The notes under the pieces were generated by a model, which was not told the DNA's origin, did no database searches, and was given only the letters and a program-made list of their open reading frames with translations. A stretch of 64,000 bases of DNA, from positions 29,161-93,160 of IMG/VR virus record IMGVR_UViG_2900588628_000001; one strand, 5' to 3'. The position numbers and the translations under genes are program-made. How positions within the stretch are numbered: the stretch's first letter is position 1; every line of letters starts with the position of its first letter. This document shows positions 9,827 to 19,507 of this stretch, in pieces. Origin of the DNA: a virus (taxonomy: Duplodnaviria; Caudoviricetes).

Positions 9827-11269
9827 TCAATGACTCCAGAGGCCGTCGTTGTACGTCGCCTGCGTCACGTTCACCGTGAGCGAGTCGTTGGTGACGTATC
9901 GGTATTGCTCAGGCTTGGGCGCGGCCTGCGCCGGAACAAGGATCTGCACGTCGCTGCCGTCATCCTGCAGCGCGACAATGCCGTCCGTCGTGTTCGTGAG
10001 CGCGGTATTCACTTTCTTGCTGGAAAGCGTCAGCATGCCGCGCTTGGTCGCGGCAGAGCCCTTGCCGTACAGCGCGAGCACCTTGGACCGGATTTGCGCC
10101 TCAACGTCGGCCGTGTCGTGCACGACGGACACCTGCGCATCGATCGTCATCGGCAGAGGCGTATCGACCTCATCAACGAACTTGACCCAGTACGAATCGT
10201 CGGCCGCCGCGATCACCTTTTTAATCTGCGTCTGCATCCACGTTGGATCACTGCCGTCCGACGTCGCGAACGCAACGAACATGCGGTTGATGTTGTTGAC
10301 GCTGCCACCGCGCACGCTTTCCTCGATCTGCTCATTCCAGACGGACAGAAAGTCGAGGTTGTTCAGGTTGCGGCGGATAAGCGCATCAAAGTTGCCGAGA
10401 AAGACAGCCGACGAATCGTATTGCGGCGGCACGCTCGCCCACTCGCGCAGCGTCTCGATATCAATCGGGTCCATACCCGGATTGACGACGGCCGTCATTG
10501 CGAACGTGGCCTGCCGGTCGTGCGAATCGACCGTCGATTCGAACGTGAAAACGGAGTTCACGTCCACCGCGAGCTTGCCGTAGGTTTCCTCAACGACGAA
10601 GTCGATCACGGTGCCGTTCGCCGGTTGCACGCCGAACGTGTTGGCCCACCCGAACTTGACCCATAGCTGGCGCAGTTCATCCGTCTCGATGATGTAGCCG
10701 GGATCACCCGCGAGCAGGTTGGCGAACTCAGGCGTGTATGGGAACAGCACGCCGCCCACGCTCACGCGCAGGCCGCTGATCTGCTGTTCGGTGTCCGTGT
10801 TCGGCGTGATCTGCACCGGGTAGAAGGGCGCGGAGCCCGACACCGTATGCGTGAGAGGTCGCTCAGTCACCTGTTTGACGGTCACTGGTGCCGTGCCGCC
10901 TGCAGGGATGATCGCGGCCGACTCAGCGACGTAGACGCGGCCATAGGAGTCGAGAAAGCGGCGGCCGGTCACCACGTTGAGCGCCACGACGTCCGGGTTC
11001 TTACCCGTCAGCACGGCTCGCGGCGGCACCGCGAACGGAAGGATGCCCTTCAATGCGGCATCCGCGAGCACGGTCGTATCGCGGGTTTTGCTGAACGCCT
11101 CAGTGCTCTCAACATCGATCTGAGACGACACCATAGCAAGCATGGTTGCAATCGAAGACAGTTGCATGAGCAGGCGCGGGTCGTTCGCCTGAAAGTACAG
11201 GGCGGCGGTCGGGTAGTCCTGTGCGGCGGCCTGTACGGCGGTCCAGAAGTCGTCGCGGGTCAAAGCCAT
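9827..11269 (-). CDS. baseplate J-like wedge protein (P1 BplA-like)
   Basis: 480 aa; FSKTRDTTVLADAALKGILP; GMDPIDIETLR; order pmgA-bplA-16 as in P1. Confidence 0.75.
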   Translation of the reverse strand: MALTRDDFWTAVQAAAQDYPTAALYFQANDPRLLMQLSSIATMLAMVSSQIDVESTEAFSKTRDTTVLADAALKGILPFAVPPRAVLTGKNPDVVALNVVTGRRFLDSYGRVYVAESAAIIPAGGTAPVTVKQVTERPLTHTVSGSAPFYPVQITPNTDTEQQISGLRVSVGGVLFPYTPEFANLLAGDPGYIIETDELRQLWVKFGWANTFGVQPANGTVIDFVVEETYGKLAVDVNSVFTFESTVDSHDRQATFAMTAVVNPGMDPIDIETLREWASVPPQYDSSAVFLGNFDALIRRNLNNLDFLSVWNEQIEESVRGGSVNNINRMFVAFATSDGSDPTWMQTQIKKVIAAADDSYWVKFVDEVDTPLPMTIDAQVSVVHDTADVEAQIRSKVLALYGKGSAATKRGMLTLSSKKVNTALTNTTDGIVALQDDGSDVQILVPAQAAPKPEQYRYVTNDSLTVNVTQATYNDGLWSH

Positions 11270-11569
11270 TTAGTTGTCGCTCCCATTCGGTACGGGCACA
11301 AATTCGCCCGCGACCTCGATGTACAGATTGCGCTTGTCCGGCCCGGTGTCTTCGGCGTAGATATTGACGCTGCCACGCGGCAGCGCGGCAATAAGCGGCA
11401 CGTCGTTGCGCAGCTTGGCGATAGTCGCGTCAGCGAGGCCCGCTGCGAGCGGGGTTTGCAACATGTCGGTCACGATCTGGCCGTAATCGCTCCCCAAATA
11501 GCCATTGAGGGGCGTCGAAAGCCAGTGCGTCGTCATATCAACGAGGTCGGATGCGGGGATTTTTGCCAT
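11270..11569 (-). CDS. gp25-like baseplate/sheath initiator (P1 PmgA-like)
   Basis: 99 aa, HWLSTPLNGYLGSDYG motif; first gene of baseplate operon. Confidence 0.7.
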   Translation of the reverse strand: MAKIPASDLVDMTTHWLSTPLNGYLGSDYGQIVTDMLQTPLAAGLADATIAKLRNDVPLIAALPRGSVNIYAEDTGPDKRNLYIEVAGEFVPVPNGSDN

Positions 11570-11575
11570 ACGTGA

Positions 11576-11619
11576 ATGCTACGGCCGCCCCGTCACATAT
11601 AGACGTGTCGTTTTCCTAC
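11576..11619 (-). promoter_or_regulatory. putative late promoter (baseplate operon)
   Basis: GTAGGAAAAC-N28-TAGCAT on - strand. Confidence 0.7.
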
Positions 11620-11639
11620 CGGCGAGAAACTGTAAAAAT

Positions 11640-11681
11640 ATAGATATGTCTATTGCCATAGTTGCGCTTGGTCATTAATAT
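11640..11681 (+). promoter_or_regulatory. sigma70-type early promoter with operator overlapping -35
   Basis: ATAGATATGTCTAT (11640-11653) abutting TTGCCA-N17-TAATAT. Confidence 0.7.
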
Positions 11682-11706
11682 GTCGATATTCCGATACGGG
11701 GAAGCG

Positions 11707-11907
11707 ATGACCACCACGCGATACCTTTGCAGCGTCTGCAGCACGCCACACAAGCGGCAGCATCATGCCGTCGAGTGCTGCTCGACGGGCAAGGAATTGA
11801 CGGCGGATGAGCTGGAGTCGATAGGCCAAACGCGGCTTTTTGACGACGGCCCGCCGCCCGCGCGCCCTGTAGCGGTCGAGCCGGACGGACAGACGCTGCT
11901 TTTCTGA
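11707..11907 (+). CDS. small Zn-binding protein with two clamp-binding-like motifs
   Basis: CSVC...H...CC; QTRLF and terminal QTLLF. Confidence 0.6.
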   Translation: MTTTRYLCSVCSTPHKRQHHAVECCSTGKELTADELESIGQTRLFDDGPPPARPVAVEPDGQTLLF

Positions 11908-11974
11908 TCCGAACGGGTTTCACACGCGGCCCTCAATTTCATTTGATGAGGACTACCAATAAGACGGGGCAACA

Positions 11975-12145
11975 ATGGCAGCGCACAAGACAGACGCGGT
12001 CAAGGTTGCCGTTGCGCTGGTCGTAAAGGGCAGAGTCCCGACGGCTTATGCGGCGGCAAAGCAGACCGGCGTATCGGCGTCCTCGATACACCGTGATCCG
12101 ACATACCAGGCATGGAAGAAAGCAAAGGGGCAGGGCAAGCAATGA
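11975..12145 (+). CDS. small HTH protein (56 aa; not in ORF track)
   Basis: Hand translation MAAHKTDAVKVAVALVVKGRVPTAYAAAKQTGVSASSIHRDPTYQAWKKAKGQGKQ; ATGA coupling to next gene. Confidence 0.7.
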   Translation: MAAHKTDAVKVAVALVVKGRVPTAYAAAKQTGVSASSIHRDPTYQAWKKAKGQGKQ

Positions 12146-12528
12146 ACACGATGACGCTCGAACAGTTTCACGCAGCACTCAAGGCGCAAGGCGTCAAGTC
12201 GCACATTGACTTCGCGTTCGTTTGCCCGATGTGCAAAACGGTCCAGTCCGGGCGCGACCTGATCGCGGCGGGCGCGGGTGCGGATTTCGCCAAGGTCGAT
12301 AAGTATCTGGCTTTCTCGTGCTACGGCCGCTTTACCGGCGCGGGATCGTCGCGCAAAGAGCCGGACGGCAATCCCTGCGATTGGTCACTTGGCGGCCTGT
12401 TCCAGTTTCACGAACTGGAGGTTGTGACGCCCGACGGCGCGAAGAACCCGCGCTTTGCGCTTGCCACGCCTGAGCAGGCGCAGGCACACGCAGCAAAGCA
12501 CGCGGCAGAGGCGCAGGTGACCCAATGA
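12142..12528 (+). CDS. Zn-binding phage protein (VVA0879-like)
   Basis: FVCPMCKTVQS...SCYGRF...CDWSLGGLF. Confidence 0.65.
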   Translation: MNTMTLEQFHAALKAQGVKSHIDFAFVCPMCKTVQSGRDLIAAGAGADFAKVDKYLAFSCYGRFTGAGSSRKEPDGNPCDWSLGGLFQFHELEVVTPDGAKNPRFALATPEQAQAHAAKHAAEAQVTQ

Positions 12529-13103
12529 GCACGCAGGCAACGCCGTATCAGATAGAACTGTTGCAGCACACACTAGGGCTCTCTGGCAAGACGCGCGGCA
12601 ATCACACGCCGCACCGCAATCACTTCGTGGCGGGCAACGGGCACCACGACATGAAGCACCTCGAAGCGCTTGAGGGCTTGGGCCTGATGGAACGCCGCCC
12701 GTCGCCGGGTTTTCTCGTGGACGGTGACATTGTGTTTGCCGCGACCGATATCGGCCGCTCGACAGCGCTTGCGGCTCTGCCGGAACCCAAGCCGCGCACG
12801 AAGTATGAGGATTACCTCGATGCCGACGGTTGCGCCGGACGCAATTTCGGCGAGTTTCTTTGCGGCGGCCGTCTGCCTGAATATGAGTCTCGACAGGCGT
12901 ATGGCAACGCCCCGCGCGACCGCAGGGGTTATGAATACCGCATGTTCCGCCGTACCGCGTGGATTGGTCACTGGTCGAGCGTTCGTGAGGTAGAGGGCGA
13001 CTGGTGCAAGACGATGAAAGAGGCGAAGGCAAGCTACAAGGCCGCGCTCAAACGTCATCACGAAAAGCTGCGCGCCGCACAGAAGCGGAGGCCCGCGCAA
13101 TGA
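12525..13103 (+). CDS. hypothetical phage protein
   Basis: 192 aa, ATGA-coupled on both sides. Confidence 0.7.
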   Translation: MSTQATPYQIELLQHTLGLSGKTRGNHTPHRNHFVAGNGHHDMKHLEALEGLGLMERRPSPGFLVDGDIVFAATDIGRSTALAALPEPKPRTKYEDYLDADGCAGRNFGEFLCGGRLPEYESRQAYGNAPRDRRGYEYRMFRRTAWIGHWSSVREVEGDWCKTMKEAKASYKAALKRHHEKLRAAQKRRPAQ

Positions 13104-13765
13104 TTTTCAATATGTTCGGGCACGAGCAAATCGAACTGCTCTCGTTCACCCATGTGGCTATCCGCGCGCCGCGCGCCGACGTTATCGGCGAGGTCGTGAT
13201 GGCGGAAAAGTGGCAAGAGTACATGCAGCGCTTGGCCCCGTCGATTCACGACGAATGCGACGAATACGGCTTCCGCTCGCTGATGGCCTCATTCCCGTTT
13301 CCGCTTACGCAACGTCTCGCGACCGTCGCGGCGTCGTTCATTCAGTGGCTTGGCACGAACTGCGGCCGGTGCTTCCTTGGCGACGCTGAAAAGGCGGCGA
13401 AGGCACTGGACAACCGGCACGACGCCTACGCGGCCGCCTGGGCACTCGAAAACGTGCGGCACCTTGGGATCAATGGCGGCGTGCGCACCATCGAGGCCGC
13501 GCTCGCACCTAAGGACCATTACCAATACGGCGCGTTGAAACGTCTGCCGGACCTCACCGAACAGGACTATGAGGCCGTCGAGCACGTTGTGCTCTGGCTT
13601 GGCATGAGGGAAGGCAAGGCGTTCATCGCGGAATGCGAGCGCGAGATTACCCAACGTCTCGACGCTCAACGGCATGCGCGCATCGCAGAGTGGCGCAAGC
13701 AAAACACCGTCGCCCACCTGCGCGAAAAGACGAAGCTGGTCAACAAACGGGATGAATGGCGATGA
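13100..13765 (+). CDS. hypothetical phage protein
   Basis: ATGA-coupled start at 13100. Confidence 0.7.
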   Translation: MIFNMFGHEQIELLSFTHVAIRAPRADVIGEVVMAEKWQEYMQRLAPSIHDECDEYGFRSLMASFPFPLTQRLATVAASFIQWLGTNCGRCFLGDAEKAAKALDNRHDAYAAAWALENVRHLGINGGVRTIEAALAPKDHYQYGALKRLPDLTEQDYEAVEHVVLWLGMREGKAFIAECEREITQRLDAQRHARIAEWRKQNTVAHLREKTKLVNKRDEWR

Positions 13766-14118
13766 ATTTCGACCTCAAAAAGCCGTGCGCGCAATGCCCG
13801 TTTCGCACTGACGTCGAGCCGTATCTGCGCACCGAACGCGTCGAAGAACTGTGCGATGCCATCGTGCGCCACGACAAGACGTTTCAGTGTCACAAGACGC
13901 TCACGCACGACGATGAAGGCCGCGCGCTGCCGACGGACAAGGATCAGCACTGTGCGGGCGCACTCATCATGCTCGAACACATGCGGCGGCCCAATCAGAT
14001 GATGCGCATTGCGTACCGCCTTGGGTTTTACGACAAACGCAAGCTGGACATGAGCGCGCCGGTGTACATGCAGGCCCGCGACATGATCGACGCTCACGCG
14101 GCCCACAACGGAGACTGA
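13756..14118 (+). CDS. Cys/His-rich protein (DUF6283-like)
   Basis: PCAQCPFR...FQCHKT...HCAGAL. Confidence 0.6.
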   Translation: MAMNFDLKKPCAQCPFRTDVEPYLRTERVEELCDAIVRHDKTFQCHKTLTHDDEGRALPTDKDQHCAGALIMLEHMRRPNQMMRIAYRLGFYDKRKLDMSAPVYMQARDMIDAHAAHNGD

Positions 14119-14122
14119 CCGC

Positions 14123-14758
14123 ATGACAAACCGCACGCGCGACCTCGTACAGATGGCAAAGGCCGTCGGGCTGGACGTGATTAAGCATTACCAGAAAGAC
14201 TCACGCATCTTTGTTGATACCCGCGCAGCGAACGGCGTCACGCGCGCTTTCAACATCACGAAGTCACCCAACGACATACGCGGCGACGTGAACGAGAGAG
14301 CGCGAATGAAGCGATTCGTAAATGAGAACCCGGCACCGACCGCGCCGACACCTGAAACCCCTAAACGCAAAACGCTCACCGTGAAGAAAGCAGACAGCAC
14401 ACCTATCTCGCCCGATGCAGCACCGGCACCCGCTGCCGCTCCCGTCTCGACGGCCGCGCAGGAACTGACGCAAAAAGAGTTTTACCGGCTCTGCTCTTTC
14501 GTTGAGCAAGGCGAAGGCCCGGCCCAGTATTCGAGCCTTGAAGCCTACGCGATGCGCGTTTCGGGCGTTATGGGGCAGACCGTCAGCGAGGACGCTATTC
14601 GCGAGGCAATGGACGTCACCGGAACCGCGACACCTGATCGCTGGTTGCCCACGCTCGACCCGTCGGCCGTGCTCATCAAGGAAATGCACGCATTGATCGA
14701 ATCCCTTGGACACAAGCCGTCGGCCGACTTCAAACGCCTGTTTGCTAGCGTCGCTTAA
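14123..14758 (+). CDS. hypothetical phage protein
   Basis: 211 aa, GGAG RBS, Pro/Ala linker. Confidence 0.7.
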   Translation: MTNRTRDLVQMAKAVGLDVIKHYQKDSRIFVDTRAANGVTRAFNITKSPNDIRGDVNERARMKRFVNENPAPTAPTPETPKRKTLTVKKADSTPISPDAAPAPAAAPVSTAAQELTQKEFYRLCSFVEQGEGPAQYSSLEAYAMRVSGVMGQTVSEDAIREAMDVTGTATPDRWLPTLDPSAVLIKEMHALIESLGHKPSADFKRLFASVA

Positions 14759-14784
14759 CCCTCTCACTCATCACCACACACACC

Positions 14785-15786
14785 ATGACTCAACTTCGCA
14801 TCAAGCGTCTGCACCCGGACGCACAAATCCCCCAGTTCGCCACGGCGGGCGCGGCCTGTATCGACCTGCACGCCATCGAGGCGGATTCGTTTAAGCCGCA
14901 CCCGACGGACATGCACGCGTGCATTTTCCGCACCGGGCTCGCGGTCGAAATCCCGTCCGGCTATGTGCTCAAAATCTACTCGCGCAGCGGGCAGGGTTTC
15001 AAGGACGCGGTACGCCTCTCGAACTGTGTCGGCGTGATCGACAGCGACTATCGCGGCGAAATTATGGTGAGCCTGCGCGCCGACGGTGACGACAGCAAGG
15101 CTGTCTACAAGGTCCGCGACGGTGACCGCATCGCTCAGGCAATGCTGGAATATGCGCCGCCGTTCGAGATTATCGAAGTCGGCGAACTTTCGGAAACGGC
15201 GCGCGGCGCGGGCGGCTTTGGCTCGACCGGCAAGGGCGCAGTTCCCGAAAACGATGTTCTGGCCGGTGACGACTGCGCGGACATGCTGCGCGGTACGCCT
15301 TACGAGGCGAGCATGGAAGCGCTCGCGCTCGCTCAGAAGTGGGAGAAACGCGGCGTGATCGTGACTATCGGGCGCACGAAAGACCATGTGAACGGCGGTG
15401 ATCGCCCGCATGCGCAGGCGTGCCCGAAGGGCTCGAAGTTTCACGCCGAGCTACCGCTGACGAAAAGCCCGGAGGCGTCTGATGGCGCATGGCCGACGGC
15501 CGCCGCTGTCCCGGCACAGACGGCCGTGCTTGACATGGTGCAGTACACCCGCGACGACGAGAGCATTCAAACCGCGCTGATGCTGGTCGGCGATATCAAA
15601 GAGGTGCCGCTCGACGTGATCGCAACGTGGACGCTTGAGCAGTGCATTCAGGTACACGACTGGGCGCTTGCCGTGCACATGCAGGCATCGGACAACGATG
15701 ATGTTGTTGTGCCGCCGCGCCCGGCCGTGCTCGACGCCTACGAAATGACCGACGAAGAACGTTGCGACTCTTACAGGATCGTCTGA
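14785..15786 (+). CDS. dut: trimeric dUTPase with long C-terminal extension
   Basis: All five motifs: AACIDL, RSGQG, GVIDSDYRGE, GDRIAQ, RGAGGFGSTG; about 185 extra aa. Confidence 0.92.
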   Translation: MTQLRIKRLHPDAQIPQFATAGAACIDLHAIEADSFKPHPTDMHACIFRTGLAVEIPSGYVLKIYSRSGQGFKDAVRLSNCVGVIDSDYRGEIMVSLRADGDDSKAVYKVRDGDRIAQAMLEYAPPFEIIEVGELSETARGAGGFGSTGKGAVPENDVLAGDDCADMLRGTPYEASMEALALAQKWEKRGVIVTIGRTKDHVNGGDRPHAQACPKGSKFHAELPLTKSPEASDGAWPTAAAVPAQTAVLDMVQYTRDDESIQTALMLVGDIKEVPLDVIATWTLEQCIQVHDWALAVHMQASDNDDVVVPPRPAVLDAYEMTDEERCDSYRIV

Positions 15787-15787
15787 C

Positions 15788-16369
15788 ATGAGCGCGCCGG
15801 ATATAAAGAAGCCCCTGCGCGCGTACACCGTCCACGACGGTGACGACGGCTATACCGTGGTGTTCGGGCGCACCAATGGGGCGGCGCGCGCCAGAGGCGC
15901 AAACGAACTCAATTGCGGGTTCGAGGACGTCGAGTATTGCTGGCGCGCGCCAGAGTTCGATGAGTACGCACCCGGCCCGGTGCCGTCGCAAGCGCAAATC
16001 GAGGCGGGCAACTGGCGATTCGAGTGCATGGAGTGCACAGACTGGGTCGATGATGAGACGCCTGAGCCCGTCTACCTTGGACAGTTCGTGTTCTGCTGCA
16101 AAGAGTGTCACGCGTACTACCAACGCGACAAGCGCGATCAGGCCGATTTCGAAGACATGGCCTGCGAGCTTCTGGCGGCCCGCTATCCGGGCGCGGTGTT
16201 GCACCACGTCGCTCGCGTCAAGAGCGATGAGCGCATGCCTATCGAGCTTCACTTCACGTTTCCGGGCGGCCAGTATTCGGTGCACTGGATCAGCGGCGAA
16301 TCGACTGCCTCTGTCCATCCCGACGATGTTGACGCCTTTGTTTCCCTATACCGCAAGAGCAAACAATGA
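15788..16369 (+). CDS. Zn-binding hypothetical phage protein
   Basis: WRFECMEC...FCCKEC. Confidence 0.65.
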   Translation: MSAPDIKKPLRAYTVHDGDDGYTVVFGRTNGAARARGANELNCGFEDVEYCWRAPEFDEYAPGPVPSQAQIEAGNWRFECMECTDWVDDETPEPVYLGQFVFCCKECHAYYQRDKRDQADFEDMACELLAARYPGAVLHHVARVKSDERMPIELHFTFPGGQYSVHWISGESTASVHPDDVDAFVSLYRKSKQ

Positions 16370-17673
16370 AAATCAAATTCTGCGACACCAATGCCAACGT
16401 TGCGAACGCGCTGCACACCATTTTCGCAGGCGTGCCCGATGTGACCGTGATGAACGGCAACATTCTGACGCTCACCGGCGATGCCATCGTGAGCCCGGCC
16501 AACAGTTTCGGCCGGATGGATGGCGGCATCGACGCGGCGTATGTCCGCCAGTTCGGTATCGAGATTCAGCGGCGCGTGCAGGCCGCTATCGGAACCTTCT
16601 ATGACGATGGCCTGCCCGTCGGCGAGGCCATCACGGTAAAGACCGGCCATGCCAAAGTGCCGCTTCTGATCGCCGCACCGACCATGCGCGTACCTGGCAT
16701 CGTTAGCGGCACGGATCACGCCTATCAGGCGATGCGCGCGGCACTCAGGCAGGCGCGGCAGCACAACGTCAAGACGCTGCTCTGTCCGGGCCTGTGCACG
16801 CTCACCGGCCGTATGGACCCGTATGAGGCGGCATCGCAGATGCACCGCGCCTATGTCGAGTTCAAGGCGAACGGGCATATCAACATCGAGGCGAAAGACC
16901 TCGCCGACTGGCTCACGAGCTTTCTGCAGAATCACGCGAATCTCACGCAACTGCCTGCACTCATCACCGCCGAGCGCGCCCTGAGCGTGGTGCCGCGTGA
17001 AAACCTCGAAAACGTCACGGCGATGATGCTCGAACAGATTCACCGCCGTCTGACGACTTTCGAGCGCGAACCGGCCGCGCGTGCGCTCGCGCTGATCGCC
17101 GACGCATTGGGTATGGGCTCGCTCACGCGCACGCCCGACAACGTCGCACAGGGCGTAATGATGGCGCGCGATCACGCCGAGCGCATGCTCACATACCTGC
17201 GTATGAGCATGGATCATTTCGGCATCGAGGCGGGCGACGAATGCGAACTGCCTGAGGCAATCCGCAAGCTGAAGTCGCTCGCGGGCAAAGGCGCACTAAC
17301 GGCAGAGCATGACACGCTGGAAAACGCCGCGCGCTCGATCACCCGGCATTACAGCGAGCAGTGGGCAGCCGAATCGGACCCGGAAGGTAAGGGCGTTCGT
17401 GTCGGCACGCGTCACGAGGACGACTCGCTTAACGAGTTCATTCACGTCTACGTCTCGAATTACTCGATGGATGAGGCCGACGATTACGCGCTGGCGCAAT
17501 ACATCACGCTCGTGCGTCCGGCCAACATCGCCGCCATGTTCGATCTGATCCGCGAGCAGGCGAATACGATCAAGTTGCGCGATAAGGAACTGGAGATTTA
17601 CAGGGCGGCGGCGAGCAGCGCAGCGGAAATGCTCGTGCCGGGCGGCGCGTTGCTCGAATCCGCCGCGATTTAA
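16366..17673 (+). CDS. macrodomain (ADP-ribose-binding/hydrolase) fusion protein
   Basis: GNIL...DAIVSPANSFGRMDGGIDAAY...APTMR...PGLCT; C-terminal Ead/Ea22-like motif. Confidence 0.85.
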   Translation: MKIKFCDTNANVANALHTIFAGVPDVTVMNGNILTLTGDAIVSPANSFGRMDGGIDAAYVRQFGIEIQRRVQAAIGTFYDDGLPVGEAITVKTGHAKVPLLIAAPTMRVPGIVSGTDHAYQAMRAALRQARQHNVKTLLCPGLCTLTGRMDPYEAASQMHRAYVEFKANGHINIEAKDLADWLTSFLQNHANLTQLPALITAERALSVVPRENLENVTAMMLEQIHRRLTTFEREPAARALALIADALGMGSLTRTPDNVAQGVMMARDHAERMLTYLRMSMDHFGIEAGDECELPEAIRKLKSLAGKGALTAEHDTLENAARSITRHYSEQWAAESDPEGKGVRVGTRHEDDSLNEFIHVYVSNYSMDEADDYALAQYITLVRPANIAAMFDLIREQANTIKLRDKELEIYRAAASSAAEMLVPGGALLESAAI

Positions 17674-17686
17674 TTCGCCCACACCC

Positions 17687-17729
17687 ATAGACATGTCTAT
17701 TGACAGCCTCAACCGTGACAACATACGAT
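17687..17729 (+). promoter_or_regulatory. early promoter with perfect operator and CGTGACAACATAC motif
   Basis: ATAGACATGTCTAT (17687-17700) then TTGACA-N18-TACGAT. Confidence 0.8.
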
Positions 17730-17760
17730 TGAGGCTCATTACACACAAACGGGGTTCCGA

Positions 17761-17946
17761 ATGAGCGCAGGCGACGTGAGCGAAGTGCACAAGCTGCACA
17801 ACGCATTCAGCATTGCAACAGGCCTCATCACGCTGATTCTCTGCGCGGCGGCTTGGTTCTATCCGATGTATCAGGACTACCGCCAGTGCCGCAAAGAGGG
17901 CCACACGTCGGCGTTCTGCTACTACCTCTTGCGCACGCCGCAATGA
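17761..17946 (+). CDS. small membrane protein
   Basis: One hydrophobic helix; first gene after promoter. Confidence 0.55.
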   Translation: MSAGDVSEVHKLHNAFSIATGLITLILCAAAWFYPMYQDYRQCRKEGHTSAFCYYLLRTPQ

Positions 17947-18140
17947 GCGAGCGGGTAGGGCACGCGTACATGGCGCGCGTGTTCCTCGCGCAGGCGAGGG
18001 CAAAGCGGCACCTGCCCGGCGCGCACGCGGTTCTGATGCAATGGGCGGCAAACAGGCGGCGACGCTACGCGGAAACACTACGCACGCCGCCCGTCATCAC
18101 CGCGCCCGTACAGGGTGATTTGTTCGAAGGGCTTTTCTGA
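17943..18140 (+). CDS. small protein with QGDLF motif
   Basis: ATGA coupling; ends VQGDLFEGLF. Confidence 0.65.
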   Translation: MSERVGHAYMARVFLAQARAKRHLPGAHAVLMQWAANRRRRYAETLRTPPVITAPVQGDLFEGLF

Positions 18141-18322
18141 TGGTCAGCGACAAAAGCATAGACCTGCGCATCAAGGCAGAGCGGATCATCCGCGCTGATC
18201 GGCTCGCGAACGGCCGCGACGTTTCGCACCTGCAGTTTGAGAGGCGATACACAGAAGCACTCATTGCGTATCGCGACGCGGTTATCCGCATCAACGAAGT
18301 GCTCACCAAACTCTTTCCATGA
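18140..18322 (+). CDS. hypothetical protein
   Basis: TGATG coupling. Confidence 0.55.
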   Translation: MVSDKSIDLRIKAERIIRADRLANGRDVSHLQFERRYTEALIAYRDAVIRINEVLTKLFP

Positions 18323-18669
18323 AAACTCAGCGACCACCACAAACCGATGAGGCAATCGCGGGGCTTGCAATCGCCGCGCTTCGTGAGCACGGCTCGATGC
18401 GGCTCAAGCCGCTTTGCGCCATCGTGCACGTACACCATAAGCGCTTAGGTCCGGTCCTCACTGCGCTCGCAATGAGCGGCCGTTTGCACCGCGTCGCCGA
18501 CGGCCAACGCGAGGGCTCGACGGTCTACCTGTACGAGGCAATCTGCGAAGACGTCGCGCCGCCCGCCGCGCCCGCACGCGCACCGATTTCGTTTAACGCG
18601 GCGGCCACGCTGGCGGCATTTCAGGCCACAGCGCAGCGCTTCGCAATGGGTTTCGCACCGGCCGCCTGA
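18319..18669 (+). CDS. winged-HTH-like protein
   Basis: ALREHGSMRLKPLCAIVHVHHKRLGPVLTALAMSGRLHR. Confidence 0.55.
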   Translation: MKTQRPPQTDEAIAGLAIAALREHGSMRLKPLCAIVHVHHKRLGPVLTALAMSGRLHRVADGQREGSTVYLYEAICEDVAPPAAPARAPISFNAAATLAAFQATAQRFAMGFAPAA

Positions 18670-18686
18670 GGCCAAAGGAGAATCAA

Positions 18687-19226
18687 ATGGGCTGGAAACT
18701 GCTGAAAGAGACGTTCGCGATCACGCATCATATGAAGGTCGTAGGCGACAACGTATTGATCGGATCAAGCTATGTCGGCAATCTCGCAACGATCAATTCG
18801 AAAACGGGCGCGCTCACGGAAAACGAGACGTTCCCGCGCTTTCTGCGCGAGAACTATCCAGCACTGCTCAAAGCCGAGCCCGCTACGCTCGCGCACCTGA
18901 TCGCGACGGCGGACACGTTTGAGGCCTCGATTCCCGTCTACACCTATGACGGCGGCGAAATCATTGAGCGCAAGTGTGAAGTGCCGGGATGGCCGAACGC
19001 CACGCACGACGGCGAAATGATGTACGAGAACACGCATTCGACCAAAAAGACAGAGGTTGTCGCGTGGGCGAAGCGCAACGCTCATCTGGCCGTCAGATTC
19101 ACCAATGAGCACATTGAGCGGCTTGAGAAGGAACTTGCCGACGCGCGCGCGAGCCTTGCGCGCCATACAGCCGACGTCGAAAAGCTGGCGGCCGACTATC
19201 CCGACGTCGCAGCGGACACTGACTGA
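18687..19226 (+). CDS. hypothetical phage protein
   Basis: Strong AAGGAG RBS; C-terminal coiled coil. Confidence 0.75.
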   Translation: MGWKLLKETFAITHHMKVVGDNVLIGSSYVGNLATINSKTGALTENETFPRFLRENYPALLKAEPATLAHLIATADTFEASIPVYTYDGGEIIERKCEVPGWPNATHDGEMMYENTHSTKKTEVVAWAKRNAHLAVRFTNEHIERLEKELADARASLARHTADVEKLAADYPDVAADTD

Positions 19227-19507
19227 TGAACATCATTCACGAGCACGACACCGGCAAGGGCTTCAAGATCCGGCGCGGCGGCGCGTATCGCGGCAGCACC
19301 GGCGAGGTGCGCTATGTCCATAGCATCCACAAGCCCGGCAGCGGGTACGGCGTGACGTGGGATAGCGTCTCGTATGAGGACTATTACAAACAGGGCAAGG
19401 GAGCCGTGTTCTACAGCGAGCGCGATGACCGGCCGCACGGCTACATGACAATGAAGGCGTTTAAGGACTGGGCTGTCCGCGACGTCACACCGGAGCATTT
19501 GAAGTGA
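19226..19507 (+). CDS. hypothetical phage protein
   Basis: Coupled ORF. Confidence 0.65.
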   Translation: MNIIHEHDTGKGFKIRRGGAYRGSTGEVRYVHSIHKPGSGYGVTWDSVSYEDYYKQGKGAVFYSERDDRPHGYMTMKAFKDWAVRDVTPEHLK

